Shown here one piece after another: positions 1-12,227 of a DNA stretch of 64,000 nucleotides (position 1 is its first letter; each line of letters starts with the position of its first letter). A program made the position numbers and the translations under genes. The stretch covers positions 123,690,001-123,754,000 of the forward strand of contig OZ024744.1 in assembly GCA_964016885.1 (NCBI GenBank), given 5' to 3'. The notes below the pieces were generated by a model that did no database searches, was not told the origin of the DNA, and was given only the letters and a program-made list of their open reading frames with translations. The DNA comes from Eledone cirrhosa. Lineage: Eukaryota.

Positions 1-80
1 TATATATATGTATATATATATATATATGTATATATATGTATATATATATATATATGTATATATATGTATATATATGTATA

Positions 81-125
<45 letters not shown>

Positions 126-136
126 GTATATATATG

Positions 137-196
<60 letters not shown>

Positions 197-265
197 TATA
201 TATATGTATATGTATATATATATGTATATATATATGTATATATATGTATATATATGTATATATAA
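1..265. repeat. (TA)n/(TATG)n microsatellite
   Basis: Pure TA dinucleotide run with periodic G substitutions. Confidence 0.97.
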
Positions 266-2597
266 GTTTCTTTTATTTGCCACTAGGGCATCAAAAGTGG
301 GACAAGTACAAAGGGGGGAGTTTACACAAAAAGGCGTCCTCAATAAGGAGGAGGCAATAACAAAATATAAAAATAAAATAAGATATAACAAAAAATAAAA
401 TTTTTAACAAAATCCTCAATAGAGAGGAGGCGCCTTGGGGGGTCGCACACACCCCCGAAAAAAGTGTGCAACCCTTTTCCTCAGGAGCACAGAGAGGGGG
501 TGCTCCCTCGTTCCTTCCTCTTCTCCACCTACAGGCTTATGTAAAGAGAAGGCCCATTCACACGGGCCATTCTCGCCACTTTCACCCACCTTTCATAAAA
601 ACGACTGGGGTGCAGCACCTCTCTCTCCATCCTGATCCTTCTTCCGAAATGATATCGGAAGAAACGGACCAGTTGTTGGCCAGAGAGAAAGGTGCCTGAC
701 CTCAGTCCTTTCAGACGCGTCCACCATACAACCTCTTTCGCCATGGCTATTACGCACAGAAACACCGCCTCTGCTTCATCTTTGAAGGGGGGAGGCGGCT
801 TGATCATTACAATAGACTCGGTGGTCAACCGGATCGGTCCCACCCTTGACAGCAGTTGTTCGACATAGCCCCACAGATCGGCTACGCCCGAGCAGTGTAC
901 CAATGCGTGTGCAACGGTTTCCTCGTCGCACACGCATCTGGGACAGATCTTTTTGGCGGGGTCCCTACCCGGGCGCCCGTGTCTGTAGAGCCTTTCTCGA
1001 ACGGGTAAAGCCCCTCGGTAGCACTGCCAGGCCAGGGACTTCTGGAAGTTGTCCATAGGTCCCGGGCTGAATGTCCTACCGAACAGGCTGGCCAGTTCGT
1101 CCTCCTCCATGTCTAGGGCTTCTCCGAGGTCGTCGTCGCACCTGCTGCGTACCAGCCCTCTATAGAATGTTGCGGTGGAGTCTCCACTGATAACCGGATC
1201 CGCCTGCCAGAGGGCGGTGAGCGCCTGGGCACACTCAGTGTGCCAGGCGCCCAGTTTTCTCGGTCTTTGCTTGACCCAGGATTGCAGCTCGGTGAGTGAG
1301 ACGAGTCTGGGAAAGGTTCGTCTCACAAACGAGGCCCACACCGGTTGTCCGGTGAGGAATACGTAGAGGTGCCGTAGCCTTAATGCGTGTTTACGCATCA
1401 TTAGCCACGGCATCCCCAGCCCTCCTTTCGAAGGGTGTTGACAGCAGATGGATCTCCTCACCATAGGAGCCCGCCTCTTCCAAAGGAATTGGAAGAGCGC
1501 GCGCTCCATCTTGGTGAGGGTTTCCCTTGGGCAGGGCACTACGGTCAGGCGGTAGTAGATGACGGACGCTATATAAGTGTTCGCCACCTCCGCCCGACCT
1601 TTCAGGGATAGTTTGCAACTGGCCCACTTCTGGGTCAGTGCAAACACCCTGTTCGTAACCTCCGCCCAGTTTTTCTCCACCTGGAGGTCCGGTCCGAACC
1701 AGACCCCGAGCAACTTCACCGGGCCCTCCGTCCAGCGTCCGACGACGCCATCAGAGGGCATCGGTCTGCCCCTCCACGTGCCGAGTTGCAAACCGATCGA
1801 CTTGTCCCGGTTCAGCTTAGCCCCTGTGAACTTTTCGTACTCCTCCAGTAAGGTGCCGACCGCCTCGATTTCGGAGGCCGTCGACACCATTACTGTCACA
1901 TCATCGGCGTAGGCCGACACCGCTTTCCGCAATCCCGGTTCCAAAGGGATGCCCTGCAACAACTCCAACTTCCGCAGTAGTGGCTCGAGAGTCAACACAT
2001 ACAGAAGGGAGGAGAGAGGGCACCCTTGTCGGATGGACCGCGCGATTTTGAACGGCTCCGAGAGGTAGCCGTTCACCTTGACCCTAGAGCAGATGCGGCT
2101 GCTGTGCATAGCAGTGATCCAGCCCCTGAAAACGGGTCCGAAGCCTGCCGCCGCTAGCACCGCATCCAGGTAACCATGGTCGACCCTATCGAACGCCTTA
2201 GATTGATCCAAGTTGATCAGAGCCCCACCAAAGCCGGGTTCGTTCCCAACCCTCTCTATGATGTATCGCATGAGGTGGAGGTTGTCATGGATGGACCTGG
2301 ACGGGATAGCGCATGTCTGCGCATCTCCCACCAGGTTGCCCACGACAAGCGCCAACCTCTTTGCTAGCACCTTGGCCAAAATCTGTAACTCTGTATTTAG
2401 CAGAGTTATGGGCCTGAAGTTACTTATTTCGTCACCCTTGTTCTCGTCCTTCCTCACTAGCGTGACTACGCCCTTGGTCACAGTACAGGGAATTCTCCCG
2501 TTCTGTTGCCAGTTGCAGTAGACCGCCTCGAGGAGATCGGGGAACAAGTCCGGCATAGCTAGATATAATTCGTAAGGAAGACCATCGAGACCCGGGA
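266..2597 (-). mobile_element. 5'-truncated Tx1/L1-clade non-LTR retrotransposon inserted in (TA)n
   Basis: RT ORF plus a T-rich 3' UTR (266-528). Both ends abut TA tracts. The frame continues upstream of the Met as [11 protein letters not shown] up to the tract. Confidence 0.85.
529..2556 (-). CDS. L1/Tx1-type ORF2 fragment: reverse transcriptase plus C-terminal zf-RVT
   Basis: Motifs [37 protein letters not shown] and [14 protein letters not shown]. No internal stops. Confidence 0.9.
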   Translation of the reverse strand: MPDLFPDLLEAVYCNWQQNGRIPCTVTKGVVTLVRKDENKGDEISNFRPITLLNTELQILAKVLAKRLALVVGNLVGDAQTCAIPSRSIHDNLHLMRYIIERVGNEPGFGGALINLDQSKAFDRVDHGYLDAVLAAAGFGPVFRGWITAMHSSRICSRVKVNGYLSEPFKIARSIRQGCPLSSLLYVLTLEPLLRKLELLQGIPLEPGLRKAVSAYADDVTVMVSTASEIEAVGTLLEEYEKFTGAKLNRDKSIGLQLGTWRGRPMPSDGVVGRWTEGPVKLLGVWFGPDLQVEKNWAEVTNRVFALTQKWASCKLSLKGRAEVANTYIASVIYYRLTVVPCPRETLTKMERALFQFLWKRRAPMVRRSICCQHPSKGGLGMPWLMMRKHALRLRHLYVFLTGQPVWASFVRRTFPRLVSLTELQSWVKQRPRKLGAWHTECAQALTALWQADPVISGDSTATFYRGLVRSRCDDDLGEALDMEEDELASLFGRTFSPGPMDNFQKSLAWQCYRGALPVRERLYRHGRPGRDPAKKICPRCVCDEETVAHALVHCSGVADLWGYVEQLLSRVGPIRLTTESIVMIKPPPPFKDEAEAVFLCVIAMAKEVVWWTRLKGLRSGTFLSGQQLVRFFRYHFGRRIRMEREVLHPSRFYERWVKVARMARVNGPSLYISL

Positions 2598-2873
2598 TAT
2601 ATGTATATATATGTATATATATATGTATATATATGTATATATATGTATATATATGTATATATATGTATATATATATGTATATATATGTATATATATGTAT
2701 ATATATGTATATATATATGTATATATATATATATGTATATATATGTATATATATATATATATGTATATATATGTATATATATATGTATATATATATGTAT
2801 ATATGTATATATGTATATATATATGTATATATATATGTATATATATATGTATATATATATGTATATATATATG

Positions 2874-2924
<51 letters not shown>

Positions 2925-3033
2925 GTATATATATATATAAATATGTATATATATATATATGTATGTATGTATATATGTATGTATGTATATATATATGTAT
3001 ATATATATATATATATGTATATGTATATGTATA
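2598..3033. repeat. (TA)n/(TATG)n microsatellite
   Basis: Direct inspection. Confidence 0.97.
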
Positions 3034-3459
3034 TCATCATCATCATCATAAACGTTTAACGTCCGTGTTCCACGCTTGCATGGGTTTGGACGGGGGTAGT
3101 CCCACTTGAGGCAAGAGTGATTGTCTTGCTCGCATCGGACTGTCTGGCAGGTTTTCTACAGTTGGATGCCCTTCCTAACACCAACCACATTTACAGTGTG
3201 GGTCTGGGAGGTTTTTACCGTGTTGCCTACACGGCCACATTACAGCGTGGACTGTGTGTTTTTTTGTCGTGACACCTACACGATCTCATTTGTTTTGGCC
3301 TCGATGGCGCGGCACCAACACAACTTTACATAGAACTGGGTGGTGTGGATGGGGTGGGGGTGGTGGTGGTGGTGGGACAGGGTGTATTTTGTTAGAGATG
3401 CCTACTGGCTGGAGTAGGTTTTACTATATATTTAGGTAAGGCAGGTCTTCTCTGTTACT
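3034..3459 (-). mobile_element. RTE family 1, 3' stub (3' UTR plus (ATG)n tail)
   Basis: Near-identical to 8441-8855. Reads (CAT)n on the plus strand at the 3' end. Confidence 0.9.
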
Positions 3460-3603
3460 ATATGTATATATATATATATGTATATATATGTATATATATA
3501 TATGTATATATATATGTATATGTATATATATGTATATATATATATATGTATATATATATGTATATGTATATATATGTATATATATATGTATATATATATA
3601 TAT

Positions 3604-6033
3604 ATGGAGCAAGCAATACTCCTCCCAACAAGAGGCGAAAATGTCCTGGACCTCTGTTTTACAAACAACGAAGTGCTCATCCACAATGTAAAGGTGACAC
3701 CAACAATTCTCTCGGATCATAACTTAGTAGAGCTAATGATATGTGGTCCAAGAGAACCAACAGAGACAAAACCACCAAGAAGCTCCGGGACGCTATCCAA
3801 CCTTAGCTTCTACGGGGCTAACTGGAAAAAGATTAAGAGTGAAATCCAGAAGCAAACATGGAGTGAAAACATCGCCACACAAGACACTAACACACAATTT
3901 CAACACTTCATGACAACGATACACACCATATGCAAAAAGTGTGTCCCGGAGAAAGAGGCAAACAGACATAAAAATCTTATTCCCAGAGATAGGAAAATCC
4001 TTATGAGACGTAGAACCAAGCTCTCAAACCAGTTGAATAGTCAACAAAACCAAAACAAGAAGGAATCCTATTTGAAACGTGCACTACTTGACACCGAGAT
4101 TGCACTCAAACTTTCACATGAGAATGAGAGGGCAAGGAAAGAGAACAGGGCCATAGAAAACATTAAAACAAACCCTAAGGCCTTCTTTAAATTTGCAAAA
4201 GAAACTGCCTCAGTACACTGCAAGATTGGACCACTCTTCCACACGGACGGTTCATTAACCGAAAATCCCCAGGAGATATGTGAAATACTGAACGAACAGT
4301 ACAAAAGTGTGTTCACATGTCCAGTGAGGCACATGCAAATAACGAAGCCAGAGGAGTTCTTTGATGCCACAACACTACATCAAGAAATGGCAACCATCAA
4401 CCACATAGACATAACGGAGGAGGATGTGGTGTACGCCATTGATGAAATTAGAACAGACTCGGCTGCTGGACCTGATGGATTCCCAGCAGTTCTCCTAAAA
4501 ATATGTAAGCGGGCCTTAGCAACTCCACTGAAGATGCTCTTCAGAAGCTCCTTGGCTAACGGTGTACTACCCAGGGAGCTGAAAGAAGGCACAATATGCC
4601 CTATCCATAAAGGAGGTAGTAGAGCGGAGGCCAAGAACTATAGGCCAGTCTCCCTGACGTCGTATATCAGTAAGGTCATGCAGCGAGTCGTCAGAAAGAA
4701 ACTAATCACTTTCCTCGAAGAAAATGACCGCCTGACTAGCACGCAACATGGCTTCCGCCCAGGAAGAAGCTGCCTTACACAGCTGCTACATCACTACGAC
4801 TGGGTACTGAGACAACTACTAGACAGCTCACATGTAGACGTGATATATCTTGACTTTGCAAAGGCCTTTGACAAGGTCGACCACGGAATGATATGTCACA
4901 AACTACACGGACTCGGCATAACTGGAAAAGTAGGTGAGTGGCTGCATGGCTTCCTAAGGGACAGAAGCCAGGCAGTCGCAGCAAATGGGGCCCTCTCGAG
5001 GGAAACACCGATAACAAGTGGGGTGCCCCAGGGGACAGTCCTGGGACGACTACTGTTTTTGGTGGCTCTCTCGGACATGCCCTCTGTGGTGCATGCAACA
5101 ACATCCCTCACTAGCTATGCTGATGACACTAAGGTAGCACAGGCAATCAAAAACCCGGCTGACGCTGCCCTCTTACAGCAGGATCTGGATGCCATATACA
5201 GATGGGCGGAAGAAAACAACATGCAGTTTAATGCTGGCAAATTCCAAGCCCTACAATACAAACCTGCAAACACAAACACAAATATAGCGGAACACAGCTA
5301 CACAGGACCAGGAGGGACCGATATCCCCGTGTCAAAATCGATACGAGACCTGGGCATAGACATGAGCGATGATGCATCTTTTTCTTCACACATCATGAAG
5401 GTGGCGAGAACACGTAGACGATTCGCTGGCTGGATCTTCAGGACTTTCCTTACAAGAGATCGAGACACCATGTTGACACTGTGGAGGACTTTTGTCCTAA
5501 GCCGCCTGGACTACTGCTCCCAGCTGTGGTCACCCCATACTGTCAAACTAACCACAGAGCTTGAGGCAATCCAGCGAAGCTACACCAAGAGGATTGCCAA
5601 GGTGAGGGAGACAAGCTACTGGGAGAGGCTGAAGGAACTGAACCTCTACTCCTTGGAGCAAAGACGGGAGAGATACGCAGTGATCTACATGTGGAAAATC
5701 CTGGAGGGACTAGCACCAAAATTTGGCATTGGGAGCTGGACCAACCGTCGAACAGGACGTCACTGTGTGGTGCCAAAGGTCCCGTCTTCCACATCTAGAA
5801 TAAGGAGCAGGTATTGCAATAGCCTGGGATTCAAGGGCCCTCAACTTTTCAACAGGCTGCCGAGGCATCTGCGAGACTTGCATGACGTGGAGGTGGATGT
5901 CTTTAAGAAACATCTCGACACCTTGTTATCCAGGATCCCGGATGAGCCCACAGCAAGACACGAGAGAAACCTAAGGGCAGCAGCAACAAACTCCCTCCTA
6001 CACCAGTGGCCAACCTATACAGGCTGGAGATAA
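3604..6033 (+). CDS. CR1/L2-group LINE ORF2, 5'-truncated (C-terminal end of APE plus RT)
   Basis: Motifs LDLCFTN..SDHNLV (APE end), [49 protein letters not shown]. The ORF-track N-terminus (3478-3603) is microsatellite. Confidence 0.88.
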   Translation: MEQAILLPTRGENVLDLCFTNNEVLIHNVKVTPTILSDHNLVELMICGPREPTETKPPRSSGTLSNLSFYGANWKKIKSEIQKQTWSENIATQDTNTQFQHFMTTIHTICKKCVPEKEANRHKNLIPRDRKILMRRRTKLSNQLNSQQNQNKKESYLKRALLDTEIALKLSHENERARKENRAIENIKTNPKAFFKFAKETASVHCKIGPLFHTDGSLTENPQEICEILNEQYKSVFTCPVRHMQITKPEEFFDATTLHQEMATINHIDITEEDVVYAIDEIRTDSAAGPDGFPAVLLKICKRALATPLKMLFRSSLANGVLPRELKEGTICPIHKGGSRAEAKNYRPVSLTSYISKVMQRVVRKKLITFLEENDRLTSTQHGFRPGRSCLTQLLHHYDWVLRQLLDSSHVDVIYLDFAKAFDKVDHGMICHKLHGLGITGKVGEWLHGFLRDRSQAVAANGALSRETPITSGVPQGTVLGRLLFLVALSDMPSVVHATTSLTSYADDTKVAQAIKNPADAALLQQDLDAIYRWAEENNMQFNAGKFQALQYKPANTNTNIAEHSYTGPGGTDIPVSKSIRDLGIDMSDDASFSSHIMKVARTRRRFAGWIFRTFLTRDRDTMLTLWRTFVLSRLDYCSQLWSPHTVKLTTELEAIQRSYTKRIAKVRETSYWERLKELNLYSLEQRRERYAVIYMWKILEGLAPKFGIGSWTNRRTGRHCVVPKVPSSTSRIRSRYCNSLGFKGPQLFNRLPRHLRDLHDVEVDVFKKHLDTLLSRIPDEPTARHERNLRAAATNSLLHQWPTYTGWR

Positions 6034-6110
6034 AATGTGTAGCAACAAGGGCGGTGCCCCAGCATGGCCTCAGCCGGATGGCTGAAACAGGTAAAAGAGT
6101 AAAAGAGTAT
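3604..6110 (+). mobile_element. CR1-group LINE with short 3' UTR stem-loop and (GTAAAAGA)2 tail running into TA
   Basis: The ORF is followed by ggcggtgccccagcatggcctcagccggatggctgaaacaggtaaaagagtaaaagagta, then the TA tract. Confidence 0.8.
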
Positions 6111-6419
6111 ATATATGTATATATATGTATATATATGTATATATATGTATATATATGTATATATATATATGTATATATATATGTATATATATGTATATAT
6201 ATATTTCGTTTCTGAATTTGTTTAGCAAGATTCTTTATCTGAAATCGTGTGTTGAAACCGATATTGTTATACTTTGGGAGGGTCATGTTGCCAATAAGAA
6301 ACACACGCACCAGTTGCTTTCACTTCAATTTAATTTAATATATATTTATAAATTTACAAATTTATAAATTTCTGGTTGGTTGGTTGGTTCCACAACCAGA
6401 TAGTTGTTTATATATATAT

Positions 6420-6464
6420 AGTCATAGTTCTTTCGCCACACACTCTGTGACCTCTTCAGTGACT
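6420..6464 (-). ncRNA. Type I hammerhead ribozyme motif, family A
   Basis: Reverse-complement copy of 6581-6625. Confidence 0.7.
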
Positions 6465-6580
6465 GGGGATTTCTTTCTTCGTTTCTGTGCCTTTCCTTTC
6501 TTCTATCCTACGCCATTTTGTTTGCAAAATGGCGTAGGATAGAAGAAAGGAAAGGCACAGAAACGAAGAAAGAAATCCCC

Positions 6581-6625
6581 AGTCACTGAAGAGGTCACAG
6601 AGTGTGTGACGAAAGAACTATGACT
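6581..6625 (+). ncRNA. Type I hammerhead ribozyme motif, family A
   Basis: agtca-CTGAAGA-g-gtcaca(gagtg)tgtgac-GAAA-gaac-TA-tgact. Stem I agtca/tgact, 6-bp stem II, minimal helix III, CUA site. Confidence 0.75.
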
Positions 6626-6784
6626 ATATATATATAAACAACTATCTGGTTGTGGAACCAACCAACCAACCAGAAATTTATAAATTTGTAAATTTATAAA
6701 TATATATTAAATTAAATTGAAGTGAAAGCAACTGGTGCGTGTGTTTCTTATTGGCAACATGACCCTCCCAAAGTATAACAATAT

Positions 6785-8440
<1,656 letters not shown>

Positions 8441-8827
8441 CATCATCATCAACGTTTAATGTCCGTGTTCCACGCTTGCATGGGTTTGGACGGGGGTAGT
8501 CCCACTTGAGGCAAGAGTGATTGTCTTGCTCGCATAGGACTGTCTGGCAGGTTTTCTACAGTTGGATGCCCTTCCTAACACCAACCACATTTACAGTGTG
8601 GGTCTGGGAGGTTTTTACTGTGTTGCCTACACGACCACATTACAGCGTGGACTGTGTGTTTTTTTGTCGTGACACCTACACGATCTCATTTGTTTCGGCC
8701 TCGATGGCGCGGCCCCAACATAACTTTACATAGAACGGGGTGGTGTGGATGGGGTGGGGGTGGTGGTGGTGGGACGGGTGTATTTTGTTAGAGATGCCTA
8801 CTGGCTGGAGTAGGTTTTACTATATAT

Positions 8828-11800
8828 TTAGGTAAGGCGGGTCTTCTCTGTTACTGAGTACCGCCAAAGGTCTCGGTCCAGTGACATTGTCTTGGAGAGG
8901 TGTAAGTGTGTGATGTCGGAGTTTATCAGCTCGTCCCTGGTTTTTCTAGGTCTGCCTATTCCGTGACTACCGTCTATCTTTATTGCCCTGCACTTTGTTA
9001 TACAGCTATCGACTTTCATGCGCATCACGTGTCCATACCAACGTAGCCTTCTCTCGAGTAAACAACATCTGATCCCTCTTATCTCTAATTTTTTCCTTAG
9101 TTCGTTTATGCTTTGCCGTTCACGTATATTACTGTTACACATCCAGCGGAGCATGCAAGCTTCGTTCCTCTCTAGTCTGCGTATATCCTCTGCACACAAT
9201 GCCCAGGTCTCACTGCCATGCAGCATTGCTGTTCGTATGCAGGCATCGTACAACCTGCCTTTCATTTTTAGGGAGAACCCTTTAGCAGCTAATAGTGGTA
9301 TAAGCTCTCTGAACTTTTTCCAACCAGTTCTGACTCTAGCTACAGTACTTTCAGAGCACCCTCCCCCACTGCTGATTTTATCGCCCAGGTAACGGAAGCT
9401 GTCCAATATTTCTATAGAACCCTCTGCGCAATTGAAAGGTCTAGTAATTTTTGGGCACTTGCTGCTACTTATTGCACCAGAACACCGGCCACATGTAAAA
9501 TCTATGTTCTTAGTTAGCTTACCTGTGATCCCACTACATCTTTTATGCACCCATACTTTGCATATAGGACATAAAATGGAGTTTCTACCTACGCCTTTCC
9601 TACACACCGAGCACGACCATTTCCCAGAAGGGACCGCCGCCTTGTTTTCTTTCCTACAAACTAGTACTTTGGTCTTAGCCAGGTTAATTTTAAGTCCTTT
9701 TGACTCTAGGCCGTGCTTCCATGTTTGGAATTTCTTCTCTAGCTCGGCCATTGATTCCGCTATGAGTGTCAGGTCGTCTGCGTATAGAAGTTCCCATGGG
9801 CAGCCTGTCTTGAACTCCTCTGTTATAGCCTGAAGGGCAATAATAAATAGTAGGGGGCTGAGAACAGAGCCCTGATGGATGCCAACTTTTACGCTAAACT
9901 CTTCACTATATTCGTTGTTAATTCTAACCTTGCTGACTGTTTCTTTATACATGGCTTGTATAGCCCTCACAAGCCATTCGTTAACGCCTAGTTTTCTAAG
10001 AGCCCACCAGATAATGGAGCGGGGGACTCTGTCGAAGGCTTTCTCCAAGTCGACAAAAGCTAAGTAGAGAGGTTTACCTTTAGCTAGGTACTTCTCCTGT
10101 AGTTGTCGTACTATGAAAAGAGCGGCTGTGGTACTTTTGCCTGACACAAACCCGAACTGCATTTCATCTAGGTCAATTCTCTCTCTGATTAGTTGCGCTA
10201 TTACTTTTTCCGTGACCTTCATGACCTGGTCGATTAATTTAATGCCTCTATAGTTACTCCTATCTAGGGCGTCTCCTTTACCCTTATAACAGTTAACGAT
10301 GATGCTGCTATGCCAGTCCTTCGGAACAACCCCATTCTGTACGACTTGGTTAACTATGCGGGTGACCATGGTGTGTCCCACCGTGCCAGATGCCTTCAGC
10401 ATCTCAGCAACTATTTCCGAAGGCCCAGCCGCCTTACCCGTCTTCATATCCTTGATTGCCTTACTTATTATACTCCCCTCGACTAACACTGCTGGTCCCT
10501 CTATTGGGTCGATATGGAGGAGACTGTCTTTCTCCCATTTATTCTCCTCATTTAGTAGCCTTTCATAGTGACACTTCCAAGCTACCTTCTTATCAGCGTC
10601 GGTGATGGCAAGTGTGCCATCGTCGTTTAGTACACACTTCTCCCCGACAATATCACGGTTTTCCTTGACGCATTGCCTAGCAATCCTGAACACCTCACGT
10701 TTTTGGTCATCGCGTTGTAGAACATGCTTGAACTTTCTTTCCTCAGCTTCCCTTCTTGCTAAGTACACTTGTCTCCTAGCTTCCCTCCTGGCCACTTGAT
10801 AGTCTTCTCTACTTCCCCCATCCCGCCATACTTTCCAAGCCTGCTTTTTGGCCTTAATTGACCCCTCCACCTTACTGTTCCACCACCATGTTACTCTCCT
10901 CCTGCCTACAGGCCTGCTCCAGCCACAGACTTCGTCTGTCGCCAACAGCAGGTTTGCTTTCAGAAATTCCCACTCTCCCTCTATATTGTCCGACTCTAAA
11001 TGTTCTTCCTTACTGTCGAAAGCATCAAGTAATATGCTTTGAAATTTATTCCTAGCTGTGGGGTCCTTTAGCTTCCATATTTTTCTACTGAGGATAGTCC
11101 TCTTCTGCTGTCGAGTACGTCTCGTCCTGATTATTAGGTCGCTAATTATCAGTCTATGTTGGGAGGTGCATTCTTCATGGGGGAGGGATTTAGTGTTTAC
11201 AACAGACACTCTGTCACGTCTTCTGGTAAGGATATAATCTACCTGGCTTGTGTGTTCCCCGGATCTATAGGTGATCAGGTGATTGTCACGTTTTTTGAAG
11301 TTAGTGTTACAGATAGTTAGGTTATTTGCATCACAGAATTCCAGGATTCTGGAGCCTTCCTCATTTCTAGTACCAAACCCATAGCCTCCATGGATTTCGT
11401 CGTAGCCGTCACAATGTTGTCCAACGTGACCATTTAGGTCGCCTGCGATAATTATATAGTCACTGTTGGATATTTGGGAGGTAGTTAGCATCAGTGTCTC
11501 ATAGAATCTGTCTTTTATAGTGCCGGGCAGTCCGGATTGGGGTGCGTACGCAGATATTACTGTCACCGTAGTTCTATTGAGGACAAGTCGTATTTTAATT
11601 ATTCTGTCGTTCACTCTATTTACGTCTATTATCTTATCTGCCCACTTTTCTGCTACCATGATTCCTACTCCACCCAGCCCATCGTCGTTTCCCACCCCGA
11701 AAAGCTTATAACATCGTTTTTTACCCTCAATGAACCTAGCAGACCCACCCCTCCACCTGGTCTCTTGAATACAACAAACATCGACCTCCTTACGTTCAAG

Positions 11801-12064
11801 CATTTCTACAACCTCGTTAGCGCGACCCTTTAGGGTGCCTACATTTATGGTACCAACTCTGAAGTTTTGGATTGCGTTTGGGGGTTGGGGGCGGTGGGGG
11901 GCGGGGGGCGATTGGGTTATGTTAGCCGTCCGCGGTCGAAACAATGAAGAGTGCTCGCATTCTCGTCCAAGAGGTGAATTTGTCTTTATCTTTGGCATTG
12001 TCGCTGAGCGTCCAGATTTTTCTCTCTCTCTCCTCCACTCTCCAGGATTCCGCAGTCCATCCAT
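8828..12064 (-). CDS. RTE-clade APE-RT protein (1078 aa) with internal PHD-like C4HC3 finger
   Basis: APE motifs GTINVGTL, IQETRW, SAYAPQ, GDLNGHVG, QVDYIL, SQHRL. RT motifs NYRGIKL, FVDLEKAFDRV, QGSVLSPLLF, LYADD. RTE C-terminus RRLRWYGHVMR..GRPRKT. Uninterrupted frame. Confidence 0.93.
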   Translation of the reverse strand: MDGLRNPGEWRREREKSGRSATMPKIKTNSPLGRECEHSSLFRPRTANITQSPPAPHRPQPPNAIQNFRVGTINVGTLKGRANEVVEMLERKEVDVCCIQETRWRGGSARFIEGKKRCYKLFGVGNDDGLGGVGIMVAEKWADKIIDVNRVNDRIIKIRLVLNRTTVTVISAYAPQSGLPGTIKDRFYETLMLTTSQISNSDYIIIAGDLNGHVGQHCDGYDEIHGGYGFGTRNEEGSRILEFCDANNLTICNTNFKKRDNHLITYRSGEHTSQVDYILTRRRDRVSVVNTKSLPHEECTSQHRLIISDLIIRTRRTRQQKRTILSRKIWKLKDPTARNKFQSILLDAFDSKEEHLESDNIEGEWEFLKANLLLATDEVCGWSRPVGRRRVTWWWNSKVEGSIKAKKQAWKVWRDGGSREDYQVARREARRQVYLARREAEERKFKHVLQRDDQKREVFRIARQCVKENRDIVGEKCVLNDDGTLAITDADKKVAWKCHYERLLNEENKWEKDSLLHIDPIEGPAVLVEGSIISKAIKDMKTGKAAGPSEIVAEMLKASGTVGHTMVTRIVNQVVQNGVVPKDWHSSIIVNCYKGKGDALDRSNYRGIKLIDQVMKVTEKVIAQLIRERIDLDEMQFGFVSGKSTTAALFIVRQLQEKYLAKGKPLYLAFVDLEKAFDRVPRSIIWWALRKLGVNEWLVRAIQAMYKETVSKVRINNEYSEEFSVKVGIHQGSVLSPLLFIIALQAITEEFKTGCPWELLYADDLTLIAESMAELEKKFQTWKHGLESKGLKINLAKTKVLVCRKENKAAVPSGKWSCSVCRKGVGRNSILCPICKVWVHKRCSGITGKLTKNIDFTCGRCSGAISSSKCPKITRPFNCAEGSIEILDSFRYLGDKISSGGGCSESTVARVRTGWKKFRELIPLLAAKGFSLKMKGRLYDACIRTAMLHGSETWALCAEDIRRLERNEACMLRWMCNSNIRERQSINELRKKLEIRGIRCCLLERRLRWYGHVMRMKVDSCITKCRAIKIDGSHGIGRPRKTRDELINSDITHLHLSKTMSLDRDLWRYSVTEKTRLT

Positions 12065-12107
12065 CCATCATATATGGAAAGGCAACCAGACAAGCGATAG
12101 TATAGGC

Positions 12108-12203
12108 CTCTGGCTTCTGATTGGTCCGCGTAATAATACTGGTGATGCGTGGGGGCTCTGGCTTATGATTGGTCCACGTAATAGCAATGGTGGTGCGTGG
12201 GGG
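12108..12203. promoter_or_regulatory. Two 48-bp tandem units in the RTE 5' UTR, each with a CCAAT box; ERSE-II-like motif
   Basis: ATTGGTCCGCG at 12120-12130 and ATTGGTCCACG at 12168-12178. Confidence 0.45.
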
Positions 12204-12227
12204 CGGGAGGGAGGGGTGTTGGGTAGC

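Larger units (their letters stand above)
6261..6784. repeat. Fold-back palindrome of PLE pseudo-LTR family A (260-bp arms, 4-nt spacer at 6521-6524)
   Basis: 6261-6520 is the reverse complement of 6525-6784 (one substitution seen, at 6436). The same sequence flanks the PLE fragment at 34.5-36.0 kb. Confidence 0.92.
8441..12227 (-). mobile_element. RTE family 1 LINE, apparently full length
   Basis: Single ORF, ~390-nt 3' UTR, (ATG)n tail, and 5' UTR present. Confidence 0.92.

Noticed and set aside
3338-3385. G-quadruplex-like G-runs in the RTE 3' UTR
   Set aside because: They lie on the antisense strand, vary between copies, and show no evidence of function.
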